DNA from: Patescibacteria group bacterium
GTDB taxonomy: Bacteria > Patescibacteriota > CPR2 > UBA1875
DNA: 64,000 nt
Direction of reading: 5' to 3'
Assembly (NCBI GenBank): GCA_041737595.1
Contig: JBGSRK010000005.1
Span: 1,610-65,609, forward strand
The position numbers and the translations under genes are program-made. This document shows positions 28,536 to 37,759 of this stretch, in pieces; position 1 is the stretch's first letter; the number at the start of each line of letters is the position of its first letter. Below the pieces are notes generated by a model, which saw only the letters and a list, made by a program, of their open reading frames with translations, had not been told where the DNA came from and ran no database searches.

Positions 28536-29444
28536 TTATTTGTCCGAAAGCTTAACGCTCGGTCCCATAGTAGTTGTTAAAAATATTGATTTAACAAACG
28601 TACCTCTAACACTAGTAGGTTTTGAATTATGAATAGTAGATATAAACGCTTCTACATTTTCTTTTATTTTTGCATCATCAAAAGAAACTTTGCCAACAGC
28701 TGCATGGATTGTGCCGCTACTATCAACTCTAAAATCTGCTTTACCTTTTTTAATTTCAAGTATAATTTTGCCAACTTCTGGTGTTACTGTTCCTGTTTTA
28801 GGATTAGGCATTAAGCCTTTTGTACCTAAGATTTTACCAATTTTACCAATATGAGGCATCATATCTGGCGTTGCAACAACAACATCAAAATCCATCCAAC
28901 CCTTTTCAATTTTTTCAATTAAGTCTTGGCCACCAATATTTTCAGCTCCAGCATCTTTAGCTTCTTTTTCTTTATCTGCACCAACAATAGCACATATTTT
29001 CTTAGATTTTCCCAACCCTTGTGGCATAGAAACAGATCCCCTAACTTGCTGTTCGGGATTTGTTAGATCTACATTAAGGTTCATATGAATTTCAATTGAA
29101 CTATCAAATTTTGTAGTTGCAGTCTTTTTTAAAAGAGTAATAGCTTCATCAATATCATAATCTTTACCCTTCTCTATGATATTTGCAACTTTTTGATATT
29201 TTTTACCATGAACGTTCTTCTTAACGTTTGGTTTAACAGATTTGTGTTCTTTAACTTCTTTTATCTCTTCTGTAGTATCTTCTGTTTCGGATATTTCTTC
29301 TAAATTAGTGTCTTTAGCATCTAATTCAACTGATTTGTCTTTTTTAACATCTTTTTTAATTTCTTCAGTTTCTTTTTTTTCGGTTTTGTCTATTTTTTTA
29401 GGCATATCTTTCCTTTCGTGGTAAAAACGCCAATTGGCTCCCAC
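28536..29444 (-). CDS. rplA: 50S ribosomal protein L1 with about 65-aa Lys/Glu-rich N-terminal extension
   Basis: [27 protein letters not shown] aligns with the canonical L1 N-terminus. The track ORF begins at a GTG; a plausible ATG start (MPKKID, RBS AGGAAAG) is at 29405. Confidence 0.85.
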   Translation of the reverse strand: MGANWRFYHERKDMPKKIDKTEKKETEEIKKDVKKDKSVELDAKDTNLEEISETEDTTEEIKEVKEHKSVKPNVKKNVHGKKYQKVANIIEKGKDYDIDEAITLLKKTATTKFDSSIEIHMNLNVDLTNPEQQVRGSVSMPQGLGKSKKICAIVGADKEKEAKDAGAENIGGQDLIEKIEKGWMDFDVVVATPDMMPHIGKIGKILGTKGLMPNPKTGTVTPEVGKIILEIKKGKADFRVDSSGTIHAAVGKVSFDDAKIKENVEAFISTIHNSKPTSVRGTFVKSIFLTTTMGPSVKLSDK

Positions 29445-29453
29445 TTAAGTTAA

Positions 29454-29879
29454 TTATTTTTCTATTTCAATACCCATTGAACGGGCAGTTCCAGCAATAA
29501 TCTTTTTTGCTTCTTCAATATCATTTGCATTAAGATCAGGCATTTTTTGTTTAGCAATCTCTTCAAGCTGAGCACCAGTTAATTTTCCAACCTTTTCTTT
29601 TTTCGAAGAACTTGAACCCTTTTGAAGATTAATTGTTCTTTTAATAAGTTCTGATGCAGGTGGTTGTTTTACTATAAAATCGAAAGATCTGTCTTCATAA
29701 ACAGTTATTAATGCAGGTAAAATAATACCCATTTTATCTTTTGTTCTTTCATTAAATTGAGTACAAAACTGCATTATATCAAGACCGTGTGGCCCGAGCG
29801 CAGTTCCAACTGGTGGAGCTGGATTTGCTTGGCCCCCTGGAACTTGTAATTTAATTTTTATCTTAACTTTTTTTGCCAT
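29454..29879 (-). CDS. rplK: 50S ribosomal protein L11
   Basis: [29 protein letters not shown] is canonical L11. Confidence 0.95.
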   Translation of the reverse strand: MAKKVKIKIKLQVPGGQANPAPPVGTALGPHGLDIMQFCTQFNERTKDKMGIILPALITVYEDRSFDFIVKQPPASELIKRTINLQKGSSSSKKEKVGKLTGAQLEEIAKQKMPDLNANDIEEAKKIIAGTARSMGIEIEK

Positions 29880-29927
29880 TTTATCTCCTTGTGGTTCAAG
29901 CCCCGCATTTGGCGGGTCCCACTAAAT

Positions 29928-30470
29928 TTAAACTTTCTTTACTTGTAATGAATCTAATTCTACAGATGTTTCTCGACCAAACATCGATACCATCACTTTT
30001 AATTTGCCTTTTGCTTCATCTACTTCATCAACAGAACCATCAAACCCTTTGAATGGACCATCGGTTATTGCAACCAGGTCACCATTTTTAAGATCTATTT
30101 GATATTTAGGCTCATCAACTCCCATTCTTCTTTGGATTTCCTTCATTTCTGGTTCTGCAACAGGGACAGGGACAACACCAGCACCAATAAAACCAGTAAC
30201 TTGAGGGGTGTTTCTTACAACATACCAAGATTCATCAGTTACAATCATATCAACCATAATATATCCTGGGAAAATTTTCTTTTCTATAGTTCGACGCTTA
30301 CCGTTTCTGATCTCAATTGTTTTTTCTTTTGGGGCAATAACATCAAAAACATAGCCCTCTAGCCCGAGATTTTTAATTCTTTCTTTAAGATTTTCAGCTA
30401 CTTTCTCTTCATAGCCTGAATAAGTTTGAACTACATACCAGTGACGACCTTGTGATTGTTGTTTTGCCAT
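29928..30470 (-). CDS. nusG: Transcription termination/antitermination factor NusG
   Basis: NGN domain (WYVVQTYSGYE) and a KOW C-terminus. Confidence 0.9.
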   Translation of the reverse strand: MAKQQSQGRHWYVVQTYSGYEEKVAENLKERIKNLGLEGYVFDVIAPKEKTIEIRNGKRRTIEKKIFPGYIMVDMIVTDESWYVVRNTPQVTGFIGAGVVPVPVAEPEMKEIQRRMGVDEPKYQIDLKNGDLVAITDGPFKGFDGSVDEVDEAKGKLKVMVSMFGRETSVELDSLQVKKV

Positions 30471-30502
30471 TTTATATTAACTCCCTTTAGTGAAATAAAT
30501 TA

Positions 30503-30688
30503 TTATTTTTTAAGTAAAAATGTAAGTGCTTTAGTCAGTAAATAGTCTGCCCCGCCAAGATAAAGACCAATAAAAAGAACGATAATAATTACAGCCAATG
30601 TCATTTCTGTGGTTTCTTTTCGGTTGGGCCATACTACTTTTTTTAATTCATCCTTAGATTCTATTAAAAATTTAAAGAATTTTTTCAT
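30503..30688 (-). CDS. secE: Preprotein translocase subunit SecE
   Basis: 61 aa, a single C-terminal TM, and the conserved position upstream of nusG. Confidence 0.8.
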   Translation of the reverse strand: MKKFFKFLIESKDELKKVVWPNRKETTEMTLAVIIIVLFIGLYLGGADYLLTKALTFLLKK

Positions 30689-30699
30689 TTTGCCTCTTT

Positions 30700-30726
30700 T
30701 GTATTTTAAAAAAGCCTTTCGGCTTC
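30700..30726 (-). terminator. Hairpin (AAGCC-GAAA-GGCTT) + U-run; terminator of the NUDIX gene and/or leader attenuator of secE
   Basis: GNRA-looped stem followed by TTTTAAAA on the minus strand, 12 nt before the secE RBS. Confidence 0.45.
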
Positions 30727-30734
30727 CTAAACAA

Positions 30735-30763
30735 ATGATATCAAATTATTACCTCCCTGTCAA
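30735..30763 (-). promoter_or_regulatory. Candidate promoter TTGACA-N17-TATCAT upstream of secE
   Basis: -35 at 30758-30763 and -10 at 30735-30740 on the minus strand. Confidence 0.4.
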
Positions 30764-30781
30764 GATACATAATGTGATAAA

Positions 30782-31198
30782 TTATTTAGAACTGTTCAAA
30801 TACTCATCAATTACTGGCTTGATATTTGGTGCGCAATCATCAGGAAGATTATTTATACCAAACCAATCCCATTTTAAAATATCTTCTCCCGGTTTTATCT
30901 CCCCTTTTCTTTCAGCTAGATAATGTATTAAAATAACAACCTTTTCTGGCATATTTATCATCATTGGTTTTAAGGGACGGATTAAATTAACCTCGAGTCC
31001 CATTTCTTCCATAACTTCCCTTTTTGCAATATCTTCTAGTGAAACATCAAAAGTTTCAGCTCTCCCCCCAACAAATTTCCAAAAATCATCGTCCCCATGT
31101 TTATTTAAAAGAACCTTGTTATTTTCAATGATAACCGGCCCCGATGCGATAATAATTGATTTTTGTTTCATATATATATTATAAAAAAAGATGATCAA
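30782..31198 (-). CDS. NUDIX hydrolase
   Basis: Nudix box GGRAETFDVSLEDIAKREVMEEMGL (Gx5Ex7REUxEExGU). Confidence 0.85.
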   Translation of the reverse strand: MIIFFYNIYMKQKSIIIASGPVIIENNKVLLNKHGDDDFWKFVGGRAETFDVSLEDIAKREVMEEMGLEVNLIRPLKPMMINMPEKVVILIHYLAERKGEIKPGEDILKWDWFGINNLPDDCAPNIKPVIDEYLNSSK

Positions 31199-31219
31199 TA
31201 ATGATACACCTTTTTAATT

Positions 31220-31293
31220 TGGCAGGGGCGGAAGGGATCGAACCCTCAATAAAGGTTTTGGAGACCTTCGTTATACCATTTAACTACGCCCCT
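31220..31293 (-). tRNA. tRNA-Trp (anticodon CCA), CCA 3' end encoded
   Basis: Cloverleaf traced by hand: 7-bp acceptor stem, anticodon loop CUCCAAA, T-loop TTCGATC. Confidence 0.85.
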
Positions 31294-31330
31294 ATGTCAC
31301 AAAAATCGACAGATTCTTGTGATAAGCAAA

Positions 31331-31519
31331 CTATTTATTAACTTTACCGCTGTTAATTTTCATCTCTTTATGAATAGTGGATTTTTTACAAGTGTTACAA
31401 AATTTCTTCATTTCAAGTTTTTCAGTTGTATTTTTAACGTTCTTTTTAGTAACATAGTTTCTATTATTACATTCTGAACATTTAAGCCAAATTTGTAATC
31501 TGTTATCTTTTTTTGCCAT
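31331..31519 (-). CDS. rpmG: 50S ribosomal protein L33 (zinc-binding type)
   Basis: CSECNNRNY...CNTCKK zinc-ribbon motifs; 62 aa. Confidence 0.85.
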   Translation of the reverse strand: MAKKDNRLQIWLKCSECNNRNYVTKKNVKNTTEKLEMKKFCNTCKKSTIHKEMKINSGKVNK

Positions 31520-31638
31520 TTTTATCCTTTCTTATTTTTTTAATTTATTAATCAAAATCTGTTGATTTTGGTTAAAGAGGAAGAATTACGATAAGGTGAA
31601 GCATCTTTGATGCGCAACCTGTAAGTAAATTCTTTCGA

Positions 31639-31713
31639 TGGAGCCCATGGGCGGAATTGAACCGCCGACCTACTCCTTACCATGGAGTTGCTCTACCCCT
31701 GAGCTACATGGGC
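31639..31713 (-). tRNA. tRNA-Thr (anticodon GGT)
   Basis: Acceptor GCCCATG/CATGGGC; anticodon stem ACTCC/GGAGT with loop ATGGTAA; T-arm GGCGG-TTCAATT-CCGCC; CCA encoded. Confidence 0.85.
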
Positions 31714-31833
31714 AAGATGGTGAGGAGAGAGTCGCCGCTCGCTCCGACTTGCGGTCCGGAGCGCTACACTCAGGAAAGCTCTAAGTATTCGCTTTCTTTC
31801 TCGCGCCCGTTCGACGCCATTTTTTCATAGTTA

Positions 31834-31919
31834 TGGTGGCGAGAGAGGGAGTCGAACCCCCGAAGGCGTAAGCCAGCAGATGTACAGTCTGCCCCGTTTG
31901 ACCACTTCGGTATCTCGCC
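31834..31919 (-). tRNA. tRNA-Tyr (anticodon GTA), long variable arm
   Basis: Acceptor GGCGAGA/TCTCGCC; anticodon loop CTGTACA; 14-nt variable arm; T-arm GGGGG-TTCGACT-CCCTC; CCA encoded. Confidence 0.85.
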
Positions 31920-32107
31920 GTATTAGAAACTATTTTAGGATTATAGCATGAAAATATCATATCTTCATTCGTTCGCAATCCCTACCCTTTCAAAATACCA
32001 TCAATTTTTTGATAAACAGTGAAAATCTGTCGATTTTTACTGCAAAGGAAGAATAACGATAAACCGTAAAAATTTTAATTTTGAAGGTTTTTAGTTTATT
32101 CTGACGA

Positions 32108-32182
32108 TGGAGCCACCTGTCGGACTCGAACCGACGACCGACTGTTTACAAAACAGTTGCTCTACCACTGAGCTAAGGTGGC
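32108..32182 (-). tRNA. tRNA-Thr (anticodon TGT)
   Basis: Acceptor GCCACCT/AGGTGGC; anticodon stem ACTGT/ACAGT with loop TTTGTAA; T-arm GTCGG-TTCGAGT-CCGAC; CCA encoded. Confidence 0.85.
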
Positions 32183-32241
32183 ATAATTTAAAAATCTCGC
32201 CGTTTGGCGCGTTGATATTATAGCATCCCAGTAGTTCTAAA

Positions 32242-32946
32242 TCAATCTTTTAGGATAGCTTCTTGTCTCTTGGCCCAAGGGTTATGAGGGTCAATTTCTA
32301 AAAGTCTTTCTATTGAACCAAGTGCTAATTTTTTGTTAGACATTTTAATATAATTTCTGGAAAGTAATGTTAAGTTTTCGGTGTTAGCATGAATTTTAAC
32401 AGCTTGTTCTAAGGCAATTGCTGCCCTATCAAGTTTTTTTGTTTCTTGATAAGCAAGTGCTATATTCAAATATCGATGAGCAATTTTATCGTTTAAGGAA
32501 ATAGATTTTTCAAAATTCTCAATTGCTTTTTCGAAATTTTCTGTGTTGTAATATGCAAGCCCTAAATTATTAAATGCAGTGTCATTAAGTGGATCAATTT
32601 TACAACCTTTTTCCAAGGCTGCAATTGCGCCTTTATACATTTTTTGTCTTAAATATATCATCCCTAAAAAATGGTAAGCTGTAGCTGCCATTGGATCAAT
32701 CTTAATTGCTGATAGAAACTTTTTTTCAGCTCCGTCAATTTCCCCTTTGTTAAAAAGTATTTGACCCTCATCAATTAATTCATTTTCTGGCCTATTCTCT
32801 TCTAATTGAACTCCTGGTTTATTTACCTCTTTTTGGGGTATTACTTCATCTTTTTTAAGTTTAAAAATTAAGCCAGGCGTTGCAACTTTTGTTACAACAT
32901 AATAAATTAAAATTGCGGCAAAAATAATAAGTATTGCTTCTGTCAT
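32242..32946 (-). CDS. Tetratricopeptide-repeat protein with N-terminal TM anchor
   Basis: Multiple TPR units (AxxYxxLGxxYxxxxxYxxAI pattern) after an N-terminal hydrophobic segment. Confidence 0.7.
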   Translation of the reverse strand: MTEAILIIFAAILIYYVVTKVATPGLIFKLKKDEVIPQKEVNKPGVQLEENRPENELIDEGQILFNKGEIDGAEKKFLSAIKIDPMAATAYHFLGMIYLRQKMYKGAIAALEKGCKIDPLNDTAFNNLGLAYYNTENFEKAIENFEKSISLNDKIAHRYLNIALAYQETKKLDRAAIALEQAVKIHANTENLTLLSRNYIKMSNKKLALGSIERLLEIDPHNPWAKRQEAILKD

Positions 32947-32948
32947 AA

Positions 32949-33626
32949 TTAAATCTTATCCTTTTTTTTAAATATTTTTTGAAATTTTGGCCCCTGTTCT
33001 TCATAATTTATGCAACACATAAGTCGACCGCATATCCCGGATATCTTATTGGCATTTTTTGGTCCACCGTATTGAGATTCAACTGTCTCCATTGTTACAC
33101 CTTCAACACCCGTTAAAAATGAGCCACAGCATATCTGTCTACCACAGCGGCCATAGCCTCCAATTAATTTTGCTTCATCTCTTGGCCCAATTTGCCTTAA
33201 TACAGCTTGTTTTTGAATAGTTCTTGATAAATCTTTAGCAAGCTCCCTAAAATCAATTCTCCCTTCAGAAGTAAAATAAAAAATTGCCTTGGTTTCATCT
33301 AATGAATAGCCAACCCCTACAGGGTTCATTACAAGGTTATGTTTTTCAATTTTATCTAAAAAAATTGGCATGAGTTCTTTTGCATCTTCTGCAAGTTTTT
33401 CACTTTTTTTTATATCCTCGGGTTTCGCAATGCCTACAATTTCTTTTAAACTAGAGTCAACATCCTTTTCTTTTATTTCTCGATCTTTATATACTACCTG
33501 ACCAATTTCTGTACCTTGTGTAGTTTCGACAATCACAAAATCTCTTAAAGATATCTTTTTATCTCCAGGTAAAAAGTCATATATTTTTAGTGTATGAGGA
33601 AATTTTATTCCGATAACTTTTGGCAT
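32949..33626 (-). CDS. PSP1 C-terminal domain protein (RicT/YaaT-like)
   Basis: Cys-rich block GRCGRQICCGSFL...GICGRLMCCINYE typical of the PSP1/RicT family; conserved position downstream of holB. Confidence 0.75.
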   Translation of the reverse strand: MPKVIGIKFPHTLKIYDFLPGDKKISLRDFVIVETTQGTEIGQVVYKDREIKEKDVDSSLKEIVGIAKPEDIKKSEKLAEDAKELMPIFLDKIEKHNLVMNPVGVGYSLDETKAIFYFTSEGRIDFRELAKDLSRTIQKQAVLRQIGPRDEAKLIGGYGRCGRQICCGSFLTGVEGVTMETVESQYGGPKNANKISGICGRLMCCINYEEQGPKFQKIFKKKDKI

Positions 33627-33653
33627 TAAATAATCTCCGTTATTCGCATAATT

Positions 33654-34622
33654 TTAGGAAAGCCTTATGTTGTTTTCTATAATTATCTCTTCCATGGCGA
33701 TCTTCAGATTCACATTATACTCTAAATTTGAGTATATTTTAAGAGTTTTAAGCGCAATTCTTGTTAATTCATATATATCATATTTTTTTGCAACTGTTAC
33801 TGTTTTTACTTCTTCACCTTTTATATAAAATGATAATAATTCATAAATTGAGTAACAAAATAAGTCAAAAAACTCTTTTAGGTTTTTATTTTTATCATAT
33901 TTTTCGATCACCTTAAATTTTTCGATGGTTGATTGTGAATTAAAGATAATCTCAATATCTTCAAATTTCTCTTTTTTTTCTTTTAAATTATTAGGGTCTT
34001 CTAATAGTTTTAATATTTTTTCAATATTCCCCTCTGAATAATTTATTACTTTATTTATTTCTTCATCACTAAACTTCTTTTTTAGTATTTTTTTTATATC
34101 TTCTTTTTTTAAAGAATTTAATTTAATCTTTTGCGCTCGGGATATTATTGTTTGAGGTAATGATTTTTCTGATATCGTAGTTAAGATAATGACACTATCA
34201 AGCGGAGGTTCCTCAAGAGTTTTAAGTAATGAATTAGCTGCTTCAATACCAAGGTTTTCAGCTCTAGAAATAAATAATATCTTTCTCTTACCTATACTGG
34301 GGGTAAGATTTATTCTTTCAATAACGGCCTTAACTTGTTCAATTTTTATACCATCTCTGCCATCAATATATATATAATCTGGGTGAACCCCTTTTTCAAA
34401 ATTAACACAATTTGTGCAATCATCTTCTTTAGAATTGGGGCACAAAAGATACTTAGAAAATTTTTTAGCTAAATAATCTTTGCCTACACCTTCATCACCA
34501 ATAAAAATATATGCATGAGAAATTTTATCACTCTCAAATTGAGCAGTAAGTATCTTTACCGCAGTACTTTGACCAACAATATCTGAAAAAAGCTTACCCA
34601 TAACTCCGTTATTATATCGCAA
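33654..34622 (-). CDS. holB: DNA polymerase III subunit delta'
   Basis: AAA+ clamp-loader fold with a degenerate P-loop (GDEGVGKDYLAKKF), a zinc-module Cys cluster, and sensor motifs. Confidence 0.75.
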   Translation of the reverse strand: MRYNNGVMGKLFSDIVGQSTAVKILTAQFESDKISHAYIFIGDEGVGKDYLAKKFSKYLLCPNSKEDDCTNCVNFEKGVHPDYIYIDGRDGIKIEQVKAVIERINLTPSIGKRKILFISRAENLGIEAANSLLKTLEEPPLDSVIILTTISEKSLPQTIISRAQKIKLNSLKKEDIKKILKKKFSDEEINKVINYSEGNIEKILKLLEDPNNLKEKKEKFEDIEIIFNSQSTIEKFKVIEKYDKNKNLKEFFDLFCYSIYELLSFYIKGEEVKTVTVAKKYDIYELTRIALKTLKIYSNLEYNVNLKIAMEEIIIENNIRLS

Positions 34623-34658
34623 AACAGCTATATGGTGTATGTTTTTAATATAAATAGT

Positions 34659-35297
34659 TTAAGTAAGTTTTTTTAAAAAAACTTCAAGATCTTTTGGTAG
34701 TGGTGATTTTACGACAATTATTTCATTTGTTAGTGGGTGTTTAAAGGTTAATTGGTATGAATGTAAAAATTGGCGAGATATTTGTGATTTAAATTTTGAA
34801 TATTTATTATCTCCCACTACAGAATGACCAATCGCATTAAAATGAACTCTTATTTGGTGTGTCCTCCCCGTCATTAGATCTATTTCACAAAGAGATACGT
34901 TTTCCTTAGGATAATATTTTTTTACTTTATATATGGTTCTAGATTCCCTCCCTAAACCATCAGGGACCACCCTTAATCTATCTTTTGATCCTCTGCCTAG
35001 TGGTATATTGATTTCTCCCTTACTAGGCCTTACCTCCCCCCAAACAAGGGTAAAATATTTTTTTTCTATCTTTCTCTCCTTAAATATTTTTTGTAAAGCT
35101 AATAAGGTTTTGTCGTTTCTTGCCATAAGTAGAACACCAGAAGTATCTCTATCTAGGCGATGAGCGGGTTTAGCATTAACAATATCCCCTATCGTTCTTT
35201 CTTTACTTGAGGGTAATGGATATGACAACATCCCTGCAGGTTTATCAACTGCAATTATATTATTGTCTTCAAATAAGACTTTTATTTTATCTAACAC
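34659..35297 (-). CDS. RluA-family pseudouridine synthase
   Basis: Catalytic HRLDRDTSGVLLMA motif. Confidence 0.85.
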   Translation of the reverse strand: MLDKIKVLFEDNNIIAVDKPAGMLSYPLPSSKERTIGDIVNAKPAHRLDRDTSGVLLMARNDKTLLALQKIFKERKIEKKYFTLVWGEVRPSKGEINIPLGRGSKDRLRVVPDGLGRESRTIYKVKKYYPKENVSLCEIDLMTGRTHQIRVHFNAIGHSVVGDNKYSKFKSQISRQFLHSYQLTFKHPLTNEIIVVKSPLPKDLEVFLKKLT

Positions 35298-35316
35298 CTG
35301 ATTATTATATCATTAT

Positions 35317-36306
35317 TTAGGATAATTCTTTGAGGATAGATACTAAATTTTCTTTAGTGCCCATTAAAATTAATTGATCATCTCTTTCAATAATTTCATC
35401 TCCAGGTGGGTTTATACTTGATTTACCATCTTTCTTATTAATTGCGAGTACACTTGTACCTGTTTTTTCTCGGCTAATTGCTGCTGATATTTTTTGTCCA
35501 ATCAATGGTGAACCTCTTTCTATTAGTATTTCTTCAACCTGAAGTTCAGTATGTTTACCATCGATAATCACATCCAGAAAATCAACTACTGCAGGTCTAA
35601 GCGCAATTGCAGCCATATGAAAACCACCTATCTGGTAAGGTAGTGATACTTTGTCTGCACCAGCTTTTTCAAGTTTTGAAACATTTTCTTGTTCAGATGC
35701 ACGAGAAACAATATACAGGTTTGGATTTAATGATTTTGCAGTAAGTGTAAGAAATAAATTATCAGTATCATCACCAAGTGCAGCAAGAAGTGATTTTGCT
35801 TTTTTAATCCCAGCCTTAACAAGAACATCTTCTTTTATTGGATCACCCTCGATAAACAAATAATTATTTTTTTCGGCATCTTTTATTTCAAGTGGGCTTC
35901 TATCAACAATCACAAAATCTACCCCCTCATCGGCTAGTTCTTGAGCAACCTGTTTCCCAACTCTCCCGAATCCAGCAACAATATAGTGTCCTTCAAGTTC
36001 TGATATCTTTTTATTCATTTTTTTTATTCTCCTCCTTTCTTTATATTCTCCTCCAAATAGAAATTCTGCTGAACCTTTAATAATATACGCTAAAATTAAA
36101 TAACTACCTATTATTAGAATGATTGTTAGCATTTGTTCAATAACTGGTTCATCTACACCATGTTTGAAATGACTGAGTAGAATAATAACTGTAGTATAAA
36201 AAGAATGCCAAAGATCTTCACCCAAAAGATAAAAACCGAAAATACCGAAAATAGTTAAACCTATTAGGATAAAAAATAAATTTCTTAATGGATGTTGTTC
36301 TTTCAA
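35317..36306 (-). CDS. Membrane protein with TrkA-N/TrkA-C (RCK) domains, putative K+ channel/transport regulator
   Basis: N-terminal TM helices; Rossmann motif IVAGFGRVGKQVAQEL; C-terminal TrkA-C. Confidence 0.7.
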   Translation of the reverse strand: MKEQHPLRNLFFILIGLTIFGIFGFYLLGEDLWHSFYTTVIILLSHFKHGVDEPVIEQMLTIILIIGSYLILAYIIKGSAEFLFGGEYKERRRIKKMNKKISELEGHYIVAGFGRVGKQVAQELADEGVDFVIVDRSPLEIKDAEKNNYLFIEGDPIKEDVLVKAGIKKAKSLLAALGDDTDNLFLTLTAKSLNPNLYIVSRASEQENVSKLEKAGADKVSLPYQIGGFHMAAIALRPAVVDFLDVIIDGKHTELQVEEILIERGSPLIGQKISAAISREKTGTSVLAINKKDGKSSINPPGDEIIERDDQLILMGTKENLVSILKELS

Positions 36307-36373
36307 TTACCCTCCGTAATAATCTAATTTTAACAGAAATGTATACAAATATAAAACATAAAAATTTGATTTT

Positions 36374-36400
36374 CCAAAAAACCCGCCTTCTGGCGGGTTT
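36374..36400 (-). terminator. Rho-independent terminator after rpsI
   Basis: AACCCGCC-TTCT-GGCGGGTT hairpin with U-run on the minus strand. Confidence 0.7.
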
Positions 36401-36405
36401 TAGTA

Positions 36406-36798
36406 TTAACGTTTTGAAAATTGAGGTTTTTTTCGAGCCCCTTTTAATCCTGGTTTCTTTCTTTCTTTAGCCCGAGGATCTCTTGTGATATACCCTAATT
36501 TTCTTAGAGTTGATTTTACAGTTTCATCTTCTTTAACTAGTGCTCTTGCCACACCATGTCTGATTGCTTCAGCTTGACCATTTTTACCCCCACCAACAAC
36601 CTTAACAGTAAGATTATATTTCCCTTCTTGAGATAATGCTTTAAGTGGTGCAATAACCTTTTCAAATAATGGTTGGCTACCTAAATATTCAAGCCCTGTT
36701 TTCCCATTGATTTGGACTTCGCCCTTACCAGATTCTATTTTAACTCTAGCAGTTGCTTCTTTTCTACGACCCACTGTTGCATAATATTTGTCAGCCAT
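36406..36798 (-). CDS. rpsI: 30S ribosomal protein S9
   Basis: C-terminal ...KKPQFSKR typical of S9. Confidence 0.95.
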   Translation of the reverse strand: MADKYYATVGRRKEATARVKIESGKGEVQINGKTGLEYLGSQPLFEKVIAPLKALSQEGKYNLTVKVVGGGKNGQAEAIRHGVARALVKEDETVKSTLRKLGYITRDPRAKERKKPGLKGARKKPQFSKR

Positions 36799-37238
36799 TA
36801 TTTAATCTCCTTCAAATCTATGTTTATTAACTCTTGAGTATGAGCATGTTCTGCATTCGCATAAACTTTAAGTCTCTTTAGTTGGTTTGTGCCCAGTTTA
36901 TTATTTTGTAACATTCCTCGAACAGCATGCTTTATCACTTTTTCAGGATGTTTTTCCATAGCTTCCGCAAATGTTTCTTCTCTTATCCCTCCTGGATATC
37001 CAGAATGTCGATAATATTTTTTGTCTTCTAACTTGTTATCATTTGATAATTTAATTTTAGCTGCGTTTAAAACTACTACATTATCTCCCCCATCAAAATT
37101 TGGTGAATAAGTAGCCTTCCCTTTACCTCGTAATAAATCAGCAACTACAGTAGAAAAACGACCAAGTATAATACCTTTGGCGTCTAACACATACCATTTT
37201 CTGTCTGCATCACGGGTTTGATATACTTTAGTTGTCAT
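36798..37238 (-). CDS. rplM: 50S ribosomal protein L13
   Basis: KTY...WYVIDA-like N-terminus (MTTKVYQTRDADRKWYVLDA). Confidence 0.95.
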   Translation of the reverse strand: MTTKVYQTRDADRKWYVLDAKGIILGRFSTVVADLLRGKGKATYSPNFDGGDNVVVLNAAKIKLSNDNKLEDKKYYRHSGYPGGIREETFAEAMEKHPEKVIKHAVRGMLQNNKLGTNQLKRLKVYANAEHAHTQELINIDLKEIK

Positions 37239-37759
37239 TATTTATCCCCTTTCGTTGCGGGTTTGATTTTTTTTGTATCTACCTTTTTTACTGTTTTTTT
37301 ATCTGTCTTAACCTTTTCAGTAATTTTATTTGTAGATTTTACTTTGTCTTTTTTAATTTTATTTTTCCCCTCAAGAACAGCTTTTTTTGTAAGCTTTTCA
37401 GTATCTAAAAGAGAAATAACTGCCATTTTTGCATTATCTCCAGCGCGATTTGGAAGCTTTATTATTCTTGTATAACCGCCTTTTCTATCTTTATAAAGAG
37501 CACCGATTTCTAGAAAAAGTTTTTCAGCAGCTTTATTATTGAATGAAAGAAATTTTTCAACATTTCTTCTGTCTGAGAGTGTCCCTCGGATAGCTTTTGT
37601 AATAAGTTTTTCAAGAATTGGACGTGATTCTTTAGCTTTTTCTAAGGTTGTAGTCACCTTTTCATGTAATATAATTTGAGAAATTAAATTCTTAAGCAAA
37701 GCCTTTCTTGGCCCAGCTTCTCTCCCTAATTTTCTGCCTTTATATTGGTGACGATGCAT
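37238..37759 (-). CDS. rplQ: 50S ribosomal protein L17 with Lys-rich C-terminal extension
   Basis: L17 core (GYTRIIKLPNRAGDNAKMAVI) plus about 55 aa of K-rich tail. Confidence 0.9.
   Translation of the reverse strand: MHRHQYKGRKLGREAGPRKALLKNLISQIILHEKVTTTLEKAKESRPILEKLITKAIRGTLSDRRNVEKFLSFNNKAAEKLFLEIGALYKDRKGGYTRIIKLPNRAGDNAKMAVISLLDTEKLTKKAVLEGKNKIKKDKVKSTNKITEKVKTDKKTVKKVDTKKIKPATKGDK

Noticed and set aside
31714-31833. Fifth tRNA (expected tRNA-Gly) in the spacer
   Set aside because: No acceptor/T-arm pairing or GTTCRA T-loop could be built on either strand.
31781-31978. 65-aa minus-strand ORF
   Set aside because: Entirely overlaps tRNA-Tyr and the GC-rich tRNA spacer; an artefact of GC-rich RNA genes.
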